The notes under the pieces were generated by a model. That model was not told the origin of the DNA. It did no database searches and was given only the letters and a program-made list of their open reading frames with translations. Positions 1 through 9,077 of a stretch of 64,000 nt of DNA are shown in pieces. Made by a program: the position numbers and the translations under genes. Origin of the DNA: Nitrospira sp. (GTDB lineage: Bacteria > Nitrospirota > Nitrospiria > Nitrospirales > Nitrospiraceae); NCBI GenBank assembly GCA_047150005.1, contig AP038806.1:1792001-1856000 (forward strand). Reading direction: 5' to 3'. Each line of letters starts with the position of its first letter. Position 1 is the first letter of the stretch.

Positions 1-228
1 GCCGACGGCCGCTTCACCGGCGGCGATCGCGATGACAAAGAGCGCGACGAGCTGGCCCGCCATCGATTCCAGATAATGCGAGAAGGCGACGAGATTGATG
101 TTGGCCGCATTCAACATGATTTCGACCGCCATCAGGACAATAATAAAGTTTCGGCGAATCAGCACGCCCAGCAATCCTGTGATGAACAGGATGGCGCTGA
201 CGGCGACGTATGCGGACAGTGGAACCAT
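1..228 (-). CDS. nuoK: NADH-quinone oxidoreductase subunit K (3' end beyond left edge)
   Basis: Manual translation from ATG at 228: [49 protein letters not shown]...IAAGEAAVG; typical NuoK motifs; follows nuoJ. Confidence 0.95.
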   Translation of the reverse strand, partial: MVPLSAYVAVSAILFITGLLGVLIRRNFIIVLMAVEIMLNAANINLVAFSHYLESMAGQLVALFVIAIAAGEAAVG

Positions 229-245
229 AAATACCAATCGTTACT

Positions 246-320
246 GCTGAATGCTCAATGCCGAGCGACCGAATGATTCAATTGAACACTCACCATTCAT
301 CATTTCATCATTGAACATTG
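246..320. repeat. Degenerate heptamer inverted-repeat array between nuoJ and nuoK
   Basis: AATGCTC/AATGCCG-like units on the left; CATTCAT/CATTGAA/CATTG units on the right. Confidence 0.5.
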
Positions 321-835
321 CGTTGCTCGTCGGTCGGTTTCGGTGTTTTTGCCAGTACAATGGCTCCGATAATGGCTCCCAGAAGGAACACGCCGACAAT
401 TTCGAATTGCAACAGGTACTCGCTGAACATCTTGATCCCGACCGCGAACGTGTTGCCGTCTTGGAGGACCGCCTGTGCCGGTGCGTCGCCCTTGGCCCCG
501 CCGAACGGCGAGTGAAAGAGCTGCGCGAGGACGTAGAGGGAGCCCAGAAGGGCCGGAACCAGAAAGTATTTCGAGGAGGTGTGAAAGTACCGTTCCTCCG
601 TCTTGAGGTTCAGGAGCATCAGCACGAAGAGATACAGGACCAGGATGGCCCCCGCGTACACTACCACCTGCACCGCCCATAAGAACTCGGCATTGAGCAG
701 GATAAAGAGGCCGGAGACATGAAGAAGCAAGGCCAGGAGCGCGAGGCCGCAATGAACGGGGTTCTTAAGGGCCACGGTCAGCACCCCGGCGGCGATGCTC
801 ATCAGCGCAAAATAGGCAAAGAACACTGAGATCAT
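308..835 (-). CDS. nuoJ: NADH-quinone oxidoreductase subunit J
   Basis: KNPVH, LNAEFL..VQVVVYAGAILVLYLFVLMLL and YLLQFEIVG motifs; operon position. Confidence 0.95.
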   Translation of the reverse strand: MISVFFAYFALMSIAAGVLTVALKNPVHCGLALLALLLHVSGLFILLNAEFLWAVQVVVYAGAILVLYLFVLMLLNLKTEERYFHTSSKYFLVPALLGSLYVLAQLFHSPFGGAKGDAPAQAVLQDGNTFAVGIKMFSEYLLQFEIVGVFLLGAIIGAIVLAKTPKPTDEQRNVQ

Positions 836-843
836 GGTCGGGG

Positions 844-1431
844 TCAGCTCAAATGCTTCGGCGTCGACTGCGTGGACTTGGCCACGGATTGCGGGAAATA
901 GTACCGATACTCCCGGCTTTCTTCGACGTTCTTTTCCTGGTTGTGGGCATAGAGATATTTCTTCGCGTCGTCCAGATGGCGTTCGCCGATGTCGTACAGG
1001 CGTTTCTTGTCGAAGAGGAGCGTCCGTTTGTCGTGCGTAGAAAACTCATAGACCTTCGTCATGGCCAAGGCGTTGACGGGACAGGCCTCGACGCAATATC
1101 CGCAAAACACGCACTTGGTGATGTCGATATAGAATTCGCTGGCGTAGCGTTGAAGAGGCCGCTCGGCATCCTCTGAGCTGATGACCTTGATGCAACGTGA
1201 GGGACAGGCGGCTTCGCACAGATCGCAGCCCACGCACCGTTCGCGACCATCGTCGTAGCGCAACAAGCCTAACGCCCCCCGGTGCGTGTCGGGAATCGCC
1301 CGTTGCTCCCGGGGATACTGGAAGGTGATGGGCTTGTGGAACATGTGCTTGAACGTGACTTTCATCGCCTCCCAGATCTCATAGAAGAGCGCCGCCTGAA
1401 GAACTTTCTTTGTCAGTGTGCCCACGCTCAT
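844..1431 (-). CDS. nuoI: NADH-quinone oxidoreductase subunit I
   Basis: Two 4Fe-4S motifs CVGCDLCEAACP and CVFCGYCVEACP; TFQYP. Confidence 0.95.
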   Translation of the reverse strand: MSVGTLTKKVLQAALFYEIWEAMKVTFKHMFHKPITFQYPREQRAIPDTHRGALGLLRYDDGRERCVGCDLCEAACPSRCIKVISSEDAERPLQRYASEFYIDITKCVFCGYCVEACPVNALAMTKVYEFSTHDKRTLLFDKKRLYDIGERHLDDAKKYLYAHNQEKNVEESREYRYYFPQSVAKSTQSTPKHLS

Positions 1432-1449
1432 GTTCGTTTCCGTTCCGGG

Positions 1450-4137
1450 CTAGGCCGCTTCGATGGTGACGCGCGTCTGCTTGAACGAGGGTACGCCGGT
1501 GACGGGATCCACATGAACGACCATGAGATCCTTGACGGGCGGATCGTTGAAGTGCTCCGGGAAGAAGCAAATCCCGGGCGCAAGCGTGTGATCCCGCTGG
1601 ACGCCGATCTGCAGCTCGCCATGATCCGAGGTCAGGCGGACCGTGCCGCCGTCGCTCAAGCCGAGGCGTTCCATGTCTGACGCGTTCATCCCGATGCGGC
1701 GCGTGTTGGGCGCGATCTTGATCAGCCCCGGCGCCGTCGTGGAGAGTTTGCCGGAATGGTAGAGCACTTGGCCCATGAGCAACGTGAATGGGCGTTTGGA
1801 ATCAGAGAGGGGCGTCTTGTAGCGCGCCGCGACGGCACTGCCGTAACCGTTTGAGAGATAGCGATCCGCGGTCGGAACGATCCTGCGAGGTTGGCCGAGG
1901 TTGTAATAACCGGGGAGCAGCTTCATGATTTCGCTTTGAATCTCGTTGGCCGATTCGTATTCCCACCGGCATCCCAAGCCGTTTGCCAGAGCGGTCATGA
2001 TATGCCAATCGGGAACGCTTTCTCCGATGGCATCCATCGCCTGCCGGACACGCAACACTCGGCCTTCCAGATTGGTGAAGGTGCCGTCTTTTTCGGCGTA
2101 GGTCGATGCCGGAAGGACGACATGCGCCAGACGAGCGGTGTCGGTCAAGAACGGATCCTGGACCACGAGCAGGTCCAGCCGCTCCAATGCCGCCTTGATC
2201 TCCAGGGAGGCCGGCAGCGTGGCCAGAGGATTTTCACCCACCACGTACAGAGCTCGGATCTGGCCGCTTCGGCAACGCTTCAGAATTTCGACCAGGTTGG
2301 CGCCCGTCCCGACGGCCGGGAGTGTCACGTCCCAGGCCTTGGCCAGCCGATCGCGCATCGCCTCATCCTCAAACCCGGCGAGCCCCGGCAGGAACTCCGG
2401 TGCCACACCCATATCCGCCGCCCCTTGCTCGTTCACCTCCTCCGTTACGGTATTCACGCCGCAGCCGGGCTTGCCCAGCTTCCCCGTGATCCAGGCCAGG
2501 TCGATTAGCTTCAGAACGTTCTGATAGCCGTCCGGCTGGCGCACGATGCCCTCGGCGCAGAGCAGGATCGCTCGCGGCGATTCGGCAAAGATGGCGGCCG
2601 CCTCTTTGAACGCGTCGACGGCGAGGCCGGTCTTGGACGCAATGTGCTCCAACGAGCAACTCGCGAGCGCCGCCTTCAACGCGGTGAACGCCTGTGGATG
2701 GGCGGCGACGGCTTCTTCGTCCACGAGATCGAGCTCAATGGCCGCCTTGACGAGTCCATCGACGACCAGCCCTTCGGTGCCCGGCGTGATCAGATAGGGG
2801 TGCGAGGCCAGCTTGCCGATGTTGGTGACACGAGAGTCAAACACCATAACCTGCGTCTTATAAACGCGGATCGCCTCCTTGATTCTGACCGCGGTGAGCG
2901 GATTGGTCTCCGTCAGGTTCGAGCCGATGATGACGACCGCTTTCGCTTTGGTCAGATCTTCCCAATCGTTGGGGGTGCGCCCGAGGCCCAAGGCGTGTTT
3001 GGCGGCGCGGACGAAATTCATATGGCCGTAGCGCGCACTGCTGTCGAGGTTGTTGGTGCGGAACCCGGCCCGCATGAGTTTCTGGAACAGATACAGCTCT
3101 TCGTTCGTGCAGCGGGCGGTGATCAGCCCGGCAATGGAATCGGACCCATGCTTCTTTCTGACCTCGGCGAACCGGTCGACGGTCGCGTGCATGGCCTCCA
3201 ACCAGGGCACCTCGACCAGTTGCCCCTCCTTGCGAAGCAGCGGTTGTTTCAGCCGGGCCGGCGAGTCGATATATTCGAAACCGAATCGTCCTTTGACGCA
3301 GATGCCGCCGTGTCCCTTCGAGGTGTCGGCTCGATCACCCCATTTGTTTTTCCACGACAGAGGGGAGGTCACGCGAACGACCTCTGAATCCTTGGTCTCC
3401 ACATGGATCTGGCAGCCGTCGCCGCAGTAGTTGCAGGTCGTGGTCGTCTTCTTCATCTGCCAGGGCTTGTACAGATACTTGGAGAACTTGTTTGTGATGG
3501 CGCCGACGGGACAGACGGCGAGGCAGTCCCCGCAGAATTCGCAGGACAGCGGGAGATCTCCCTTCGCCACCACCTGGTTGAAGCCGCCTTTTTTCATGAA
3601 CTGCAGCGCATCGATCATCAGCACGTCCTTGCACACGTTGATGCATTCGGCGCAGGCGATGCAGCGATTCATGTTGAAGTCGAGCACCAGGCTGCGGGTG
3701 TCTTCGGGGATGAATTTTTGTTTGGCGTTGGGCAAACTCGTGACACCGTGGAGAAACGCCATGTCCTGCAATTCGCAATGTCCGTCGGCATCGCAGACCG
3801 GACAGTCGAGCGGATGAACCGAGAGATGTTTCTCGACGGCCTTCTTTCTGGCCTGAAACAGGTCGTCCCCTTCGGTCCGGATGACCATGCCGGCCGCCGC
3901 TTTGGCCGTACAGGAGCGAACCGGAGCCTTCTTGCCCTCCTGCATGACCAAGCACATTCCGCAGGAGCCGAACGGATCGAAGGTGTAGTGGTAGCACATC
4001 GCCGGGACGATCTTGCCGGTGCTCGCGATGACGTCATAAAGCGACACACCGTCTTTGGCGCTGACGGTCTTGCCGTCGATGTTCAGCTCGATGGTCGCGG
4101 CTTCAACTTCTGGATTTGTGGCCGGTTTCAGTCCCAT
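1450..4137 (-). CDS. nuoG: NuoG-like Fe-S / molybdopterin-oxidoreductase-fold subunit
   Basis: N-terminal 2Fe-2S (CYH..GSCGMC..SC), HPLDCPVCDADGHC, CIACAECINVC, CEFCGDCLAVCP, CNYCGDGC..C, then MopB-fold domains; inside the nuo operon. Confidence 0.85.
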   Translation of the reverse strand: MGLKPATNPEVEAATIELNIDGKTVSAKDGVSLYDVIASTGKIVPAMCYHYTFDPFGSCGMCLVMQEGKKAPVRSCTAKAAAGMVIRTEGDDLFQARKKAVEKHLSVHPLDCPVCDADGHCELQDMAFLHGVTSLPNAKQKFIPEDTRSLVLDFNMNRCIACAECINVCKDVLMIDALQFMKKGGFNQVVAKGDLPLSCEFCGDCLAVCPVGAITNKFSKYLYKPWQMKKTTTTCNYCGDGCQIHVETKDSEVVRVTSPLSWKNKWGDRADTSKGHGGICVKGRFGFEYIDSPARLKQPLLRKEGQLVEVPWLEAMHATVDRFAEVRKKHGSDSIAGLITARCTNEELYLFQKLMRAGFRTNNLDSSARYGHMNFVRAAKHALGLGRTPNDWEDLTKAKAVVIIGSNLTETNPLTAVRIKEAIRVYKTQVMVFDSRVTNIGKLASHPYLITPGTEGLVVDGLVKAAIELDLVDEEAVAAHPQAFTALKAALASCSLEHIASKTGLAVDAFKEAAAIFAESPRAILLCAEGIVRQPDGYQNVLKLIDLAWITGKLGKPGCGVNTVTEEVNEQGAADMGVAPEFLPGLAGFEDEAMRDRLAKAWDVTLPAVGTGANLVEILKRCRSGQIRALYVVGENPLATLPASLEIKAALERLDLLVVQDPFLTDTARLAHVVLPASTYAEKDGTFTNLEGRVLRVRQAMDAIGESVPDWHIMTALANGLGCRWEYESANEIQSEIMKLLPGYYNLGQPRRIVPTADRYLSNGYGSAVAARYKTPLSDSKRPFTLLMGQVLYHSGKLSTTAPGLIKIAPNTRRIGMNASDMERLGLSDGGTVRLTSDHGELQIGVQRDHTLAPGICFFPEHFNDPPVKDLMVVHVDPVTGVPSFKQTRVTIEAA

Positions 4138-4146
4138 AGGTTCCCC

Positions 4147-4235
4147 AGTGCTGAGTCATGAGTGCTGAGTTCTGAGCACCGTGCTTCGCGCCGTGGTTTC
4201 TTAGTCTCAGCACTTAGCACCCGGCACTCGGCACT
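4147..4235. repeat. Heptamer tandem/inverted repeat hairpin between nuoD and nuoG
   Basis: AGTGCTG AGTCATG AGTGCTG AGTTCTG (4147-4176) is complementary to CTCAGCA CTTAGCA CCCGGCA CTCGGCA CT (4206-4235). Confidence 0.8.
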
Positions 4236-4237
4236 TC

Positions 4238-5482
4238 TCATCGGTCGCACTCTCCCATAACGATGTCGTACGTACCAAAGAGCGTAATCGCGTCCGCGAT
4301 CATGTATCCCCTCGACATGTGATCGAACGCGCCCATGTGAATGAACGAGGGGGCGCGGATCTTCAGCCGGTAGGGCTTTCCCCCGCCAGTACTGACGATG
4401 TAGAAGCCCAATTCTCCCTTATGGGCTTCGGTCCCGCAGTAGATCTCTCCAGGTGGAGCGTTGAATCCCTGCGAAAAGAGCTTGAATTGTTGAATCATGG
4501 ATTCCAAATTCGTGAAGACCCGTTCCTTCGGCGGCAAGGTCACGCTGGGGATATCGGCCATGATCGGCCCCTCCTGCAGCTGTTCCAGGCACTGCCGGAC
4601 GATCTTCACGCTTTCGTAGAGCTCCATGACGCGGATCCAGTACCGGTCGTAGGTATCTCCATTCTTGCCGAGCGGCACGTTGAACTCGCATTTCGGATAG
4701 GCCGAATAGGGTTCGGCTTTGCGCAGGTCGTAGTCCACCCCGGAGCCCCGGAGCGTCGGCCCGCTCAGCCCGAAGTTGACCGCATCCTCTGCGGAGATCA
4801 CGGCGACGCCTTTCGTCCGGGCCAGCCAGATTCGATTCTTTTCCAGGAACACGATGTATTCGTCGATCTTGGGAGGGAAATAGTCCAAGAACTGTTTCAA
4901 TTTGGCCAGCAGCGAGGGCGTAAAATCCCGCTCGACCCCGCCGATACGATACCAGCTGGTCGTCAGTCGGGCCCCGCACAGTTCATCAAACCAATCCAGC
5001 AGGATTTCCCGGTCCCGAAAGCAATAAAAGAACACGGTCATGGCGCCGATGTCGAGCGCCTGCGTACCGAGCCAGAACTGGTGACCGATGATCCGCTGAA
5101 CTTCCGCCACGATGGTGCGGAGATACTCGGCCCGCTCCGGTACGGTGATGTTCATGAGTTTCTCGACCGCGCGGCAGTAGGCGAAATTGTTGTACATCGC
5201 GCAGACGTAATCGAGCCGATCGGTATGGGGGATGAACTGATGGTAGGTACCCTCTTCCGCCAGCTTCTCAACGCCTCGGTGGAGAAATCCCATCACCGGC
5301 GTCGACTTGACCAAGCGCTCGCCCTCCAACTCAAGAATGACCTTTAGCACTCCATGTGTGCTGGGATGCTGGGGGCCCATGTTGAGCAGCAGCTCCTCCG
5401 TGCGGAGCGTCGGCAGGGATTCGCTTTCCGGGTGCGCCGGATCGACTTTGTACACCGTCGTGCGTTGATCTTCAAACGCCAT
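4238..5482 (-). CDS. nuoD: NADH-quinone oxidoreductase subunit D
   Basis: LNMGPQHPSTHGVL, GFLHRGVEK, DRLDY, C-terminal DIVMGECDR. Confidence 0.97.
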   Translation of the reverse strand: MAFEDQRTTVYKVDPAHPESESLPTLRTEELLLNMGPQHPSTHGVLKVILELEGERLVKSTPVMGFLHRGVEKLAEEGTYHQFIPHTDRLDYVCAMYNNFAYCRAVEKLMNITVPERAEYLRTIVAEVQRIIGHQFWLGTQALDIGAMTVFFYCFRDREILLDWFDELCGARLTTSWYRIGGVERDFTPSLLAKLKQFLDYFPPKIDEYIVFLEKNRIWLARTKGVAVISAEDAVNFGLSGPTLRGSGVDYDLRKAEPYSAYPKCEFNVPLGKNGDTYDRYWIRVMELYESVKIVRQCLEQLQEGPIMADIPSVTLPPKERVFTNLESMIQQFKLFSQGFNAPPGEIYCGTEAHKGELGFYIVSTGGGKPYRLKIRAPSFIHMGAFDHMSRGYMIADAITLFGTYDIVMGECDR

Positions 5483-5496
5483 GGTTCGACAGGTCC

Positions 5497-6000
5497 TTAA
5501 CGCACCGTCTCGTCCAGGAAATCAAACGTGTCGCGCCATCCTTTCCCACGGAGCGGAAAGTCTTTCCGCAGGGGATAGCCTTCGGTATAGTCGTCCGGCA
5601 TGAGGATGCGGCGGAGGTCGGGATGACGACGAAATCTGATCCCCATCATGTCGTACACTTCCCGTTCCATGAAGTCCGCGCCTTTCCAAATATCAGTCAG
5701 CGAGTCCACGACGCAGTCCGATTCCGGCACGCGCGTCTTGAGCCTGATTCTGTGGCGCTTGCGGATGGAATAGAACTCGTACACGACTTCAAAACGCAAC
5801 TCGTCGTCCGGCCAATCGACGGAACTCACATGAACGATGTAGTCGAAGCCCATTGCAGGATCGTCGTGTAGGAACTGCGCGACCTCATGGAGCCGTTCCC
5901 GGCTGACCGTCACCGCCAGATCTCCCCGCCATTCGACGGCTTGGATGAACGCCCCGCTGAAATTCTCTTGAATGCGATTCGATACGTGCTGGAGAGACAT
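5497..6000 (-). CDS. nuoC: NADH-quinone oxidoreductase subunit C
   Basis: EREVYDMMGIRF..HPDLRRILMP..GYPLRKDFPL. Confidence 0.96.
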   Translation of the reverse strand: MSLQHVSNRIQENFSGAFIQAVEWRGDLAVTVSRERLHEVAQFLHDDPAMGFDYIVHVSSVDWPDDELRFEVVYEFYSIRKRHRIRLKTRVPESDCVVDSLTDIWKGADFMEREVYDMMGIRFRRHPDLRRILMPDDYTEGYPLRKDFPLRGKGWRDTFDFLDETVR

Positions 6001-6009
6001 GGACGCTCT

Positions 6010-6537
6010 TTATGCCTTGACGCGCGGCTTGACCTGCTCGGGCTGCCTCAAGAACACCCGCTTCTGCATGATCCGGTCTTGCAATTTCAAGATTCCGTCG
6101 AAGAGGGCTTCAGGAGTGGGAGGGCAGCCTGGCACATAAATATCCACCGGCACGAACCGATCGACTCCCTGCACGACACTGTAGCTGTCGTAAATGTTGC
6201 CGGACGTCGCGCATGATCCCATGGCGATGACGTACTTGGGCTCCGGCATCTGGTCGTAAATCTTCCGAATGACCGGAGCCATCCGGCGGCAAACGGTCCC
6301 GGCCACGATCATGAGATCCGATTGTCTCGGAGAGGCACGAAACACACCGGCGCCGTAGCGGTCCATGTCATAGCGCGAGGACACGGCCGCGATCATCTCA
6401 ATGGCACAGCACGCCAGGCCGAACGTCATCGGCCAGAGGGAGCCTTTGCGGGCCCAATTCACCGCCTTTTCCACCGACGTCGTAATGACGTCCGGTGCCC
6501 CGTCCTTCTCCGGCCTGCCCAGTTGAATCAGTCCCAT
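6010..6537 (-). CDS. nuoB: NADH-quinone oxidoreductase subunit B
   Basis: [30 protein letters not shown]; start placed at ATG 6537, overlapping the nuoA end. Confidence 0.96.
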   Translation of the reverse strand: MGLIQLGRPEKDGAPDVITTSVEKAVNWARKGSLWPMTFGLACCAIEMIAAVSSRYDMDRYGAGVFRASPRQSDLMIVAGTVCRRMAPVIRKIYDQMPEPKYVIAMGSCATSGNIYDSYSVVQGVDRFVPVDIYVPGCPPTPEALFDGILKLQDRIMQKRVFLRQPEQVKPRVKA

Positions 6538-6911
6538 TCCAGGGCTCCCTTGCGCCACGCATAGACATAGGCCACCACAAACAACGCGATGAAAATGAGC
6601 ATTTCGACCAACCCGATCAGGCCGAGCTTCTCGAACGTCACGGCCCAGGGGTACAAAAAGATCACCTCAATGTCGAAAATCACGAACAGCATCGCGAAGA
6701 TATAGTAGCGGACCGGAAAGGGCATGCGGGCGTCCGAAAAGGGTTCCGACCCGCATTCGTAGGTCGAGAGTTTCTCCGGTTCGGGATACTTGGGTTGAAC
6801 CAAATAACTGAGCAGGAGCGTCACGACGCCGAACGCCAGCGCGATAAAAATGAAAAGCAGAATCGGAAAATACTTCGTCAGATACTCGAGGAGTAACTCA
6901 ATGCCACTCAT
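6528..6911 (-). CDS. nuoA: NADH-quinone oxidoreductase subunit A
   Basis: [32 protein letters not shown]. Confidence 0.96.
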   Translation of the reverse strand: MSGIELLLEYLTKYFPILLFIFIALAFGVVTLLLSYLVQPKYPEPEKLSTYECGSEPFSDARMPFPVRYYIFAMLFVIFDIEVIFLYPWAVTFEKLGLIGLVEMLIFIALFVVAYVYAWRKGALEWD

Positions 6912-7365
6912 CGAAATGACCTTTCAACACCTTGAGTTGCGCCAGAATGGGGGATCTTAGACGGCGGATCGCAGAGATAGCAAGCGTACAAAGGACCTAG
7001 GGGAGCCTGACCCCAAAAGTCCTAGGGGAGGGCTTCGGGGTTCCGTTTGATTTCGTCGAGGTCTCTCGTCGAAGCGGGAGGCAGTTTCGACGGCTTCGGC
7101 TGCGATGCCATCAAAACGGAGGACATTCGAAGGTGGACTGGCTTGGCTTGATCGCCACCGTCCCATTCCGCTTCCAAAGGAGACAAAGCGGAGGCGCTCT
7201 TCCGGCGATGGATCTGCGTCTCAATCGAAGAGCGCCGGGATCGTCCCTGGACTTGGCGGGGAAGCGCGGACATCATACTCCATCCTGGGCCGCCTGCTTC
7301 ATTCTCGCAGGACTTTACCACCGGGTTTGATGTCGGGTCAATCGTTGGACAAGTCTGCAATATTC

Positions 7366-7393
7366 TTGACAATCTGGGACTGTTTGCTAAGGT
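7366..7393 (+). promoter_or_regulatory. Putative sigma70 promoter for the OmpA-domain gene
   Basis: TTGACA-16nt-TAAGGT with TG extension, about 40 nt upstream of ATG 7433. Confidence 0.5.
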
Positions 7394-7432
7394 TCTCTCA
7401 AGAGCATTGGTTTCCAACAAGAAGGACGACCT

Positions 7433-8977
7433 ATGAGCATCTATTTCACTCGCACCGCATCGGCGTTCCTCCTCAGCGTGATGACCCTTGCACCCGTTGT
7501 GGCCTGGGCGGATGATCTGGACGTGATTCGATTCGGAGAAACGGCGCTCGGCTTCGCCGCCGGCTCGATCCAACAGACTACCCCGCAGGACGGGGTGGTG
7601 AATGTCACTACAGGGGACAATCAGACGACCGGTGATCGGATGCAGTTGGGATTGCGGGATACCCTCTATCTGCGGCTGAAAAATCCGGGAGATGCGACGG
7701 TCGGTGATCTCTACACGGTATTCAAGAAAGCTCGCAAGGTTTTCCATCCAGTGACGAGGGAGAATCTGGGATACCTCGTCATTCGTCTGGCCATCGTCGA
7801 GGTCGTACAGGTGGACAAGACGCTCACCACAGTGCGGGCGATCCGGGCCTACGGAGCAGTGGCTCCTGGTGATCCGGTGGTGAAGTTCGCGCTACCGACC
7901 GAACCGGAGCCGGCTTCGGTTCCGTCTTCCGGGGATGTCAGCGGCATAGTGGTCGAGCTCCAAGCCGACAAGGGCATGACCTTGGTGGCGCAGCGCAATA
8001 TCGTCTATGTCGACCGAGGCAGCAACGACGGAGTGCGGCCTGGTGATTCCATGGAAGTCATTCGCTCAGGCGGGAATTTGCCACCGAGGGCGGTTGGAGA
8101 GATCAAGATTCTTTCGACTGAGGCGCGAACCTCGACCGCCTTGGTCACGCGATCGACATCACGAATTCTGCCCGGGGACAGGTTCCGCACTAAGCCACCG
8201 GAGGGAGGCGCTGTTCCCGTGTCTATGCCGGCACCGCAGGAATTGCAGCCGCCGAGCGCGACTCGTCAGGAGACGAATGGTGCACAGACCATGGAGGTGA
8301 GTCGAAGCGAGGCCCGGAACGTTCAGCCTATATCGCGCGAGACACGTATCACGCTCAGCGATCTCATGAAGCAATTGCGATACGAATCGGGCGAGGCGAC
8401 AATCAGACCGGAGGGCTATAAAGTTCTTGACGCGCTGACCGAGTACCTGAAAACCGCACCAGCGGATCAGCTCATTCGTGTAGAGGGACATGCGGACAAC
8501 ATGGAAATCGGTCCCGCCCTGAAATCGCGATACCCGACCAATTGGGATCTCTCGAAAGCCCGGGCGAGCGGTGTGCTGCGCTATCTCGTTGAGAAAGGCG
8601 GACTCGATTCGGCCAGGATCTCCTCCGTGGGATACGGCGATACGAAACCTCTGGTGAGCAATGCCACAGAGGTCGGTCGACAAAAAAACCGCCGGGTGGA
8701 TATCGTGCTGTACCTTCCGGAGTCCGAGGCGACTCTCTCCGAGCAGGCTCGGGGCCCGGTTGTAGAAGAACGTGCGGAGAAGGTCGGTGCTCGACCGTTG
8801 GAAAAACCGGAGGTCTCGATGGCGTCCGCCGACCGAGCTCCGGCCCCGCAGGCAAACGCCACCGGTCATGTTGCCGACCGGGTCGGTGCTGGTCAACTCA
8901 CGGCGGAGAAAGCGACGGAGACTTCGGAAGCGGTCGATCAGGAGCAGCCTGCCGATGCCGTTCCCCTTCAACCCTAA
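7433..8977 (+). CDS. Exported protein with beta-rich N-terminal domains and an OmpA/MotB-type peptidoglycan-binding domain
   Basis: Signal peptide ending AWA; VEGHADN..YPTNWDLSKARA..GYGDTKPL..NRRVDI OmpA_C motif. Confidence 0.85.
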   Translation: MSIYFTRTASAFLLSVMTLAPVVAWADDLDVIRFGETALGFAAGSIQQTTPQDGVVNVTTGDNQTTGDRMQLGLRDTLYLRLKNPGDATVGDLYTVFKKARKVFHPVTRENLGYLVIRLAIVEVVQVDKTLTTVRAIRAYGAVAPGDPVVKFALPTEPEPASVPSSGDVSGIVVELQADKGMTLVAQRNIVYVDRGSNDGVRPGDSMEVIRSGGNLPPRAVGEIKILSTEARTSTALVTRSTSRILPGDRFRTKPPEGGAVPVSMPAPQELQPPSATRQETNGAQTMEVSRSEARNVQPISRETRITLSDLMKQLRYESGEATIRPEGYKVLDALTEYLKTAPADQLIRVEGHADNMEIGPALKSRYPTNWDLSKARASGVLRYLVEKGGLDSARISSVGYGDTKPLVSNATEVGRQKNRRVDIVLYLPESEATLSEQARGPVVEERAEKVGARPLEKPEVSMASADRAPAPQANATGHVADRVGAGQLTAEKATETSEAVDQEQPADAVPLQP

Positions 8978-8995
8978 CTCGTTTACTTCATTATG

Positions 8996-9031
8996 AGACG
9001 GAGGGGCATGCGGATGCGTGCCCCTCCGTCT
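8996..9031 (+). terminator. Stem-loop, putative terminator
   Basis: AGACGGAGGGGCA...TGCCCCTCCGTCT perfect arms just after the stop at 8977. Confidence 0.6.
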
Positions 9032-9077
9032 TCGCCCTTCCGTTGTCCCCTCTTTTCTCCTGCTGCTACAATGAGGC

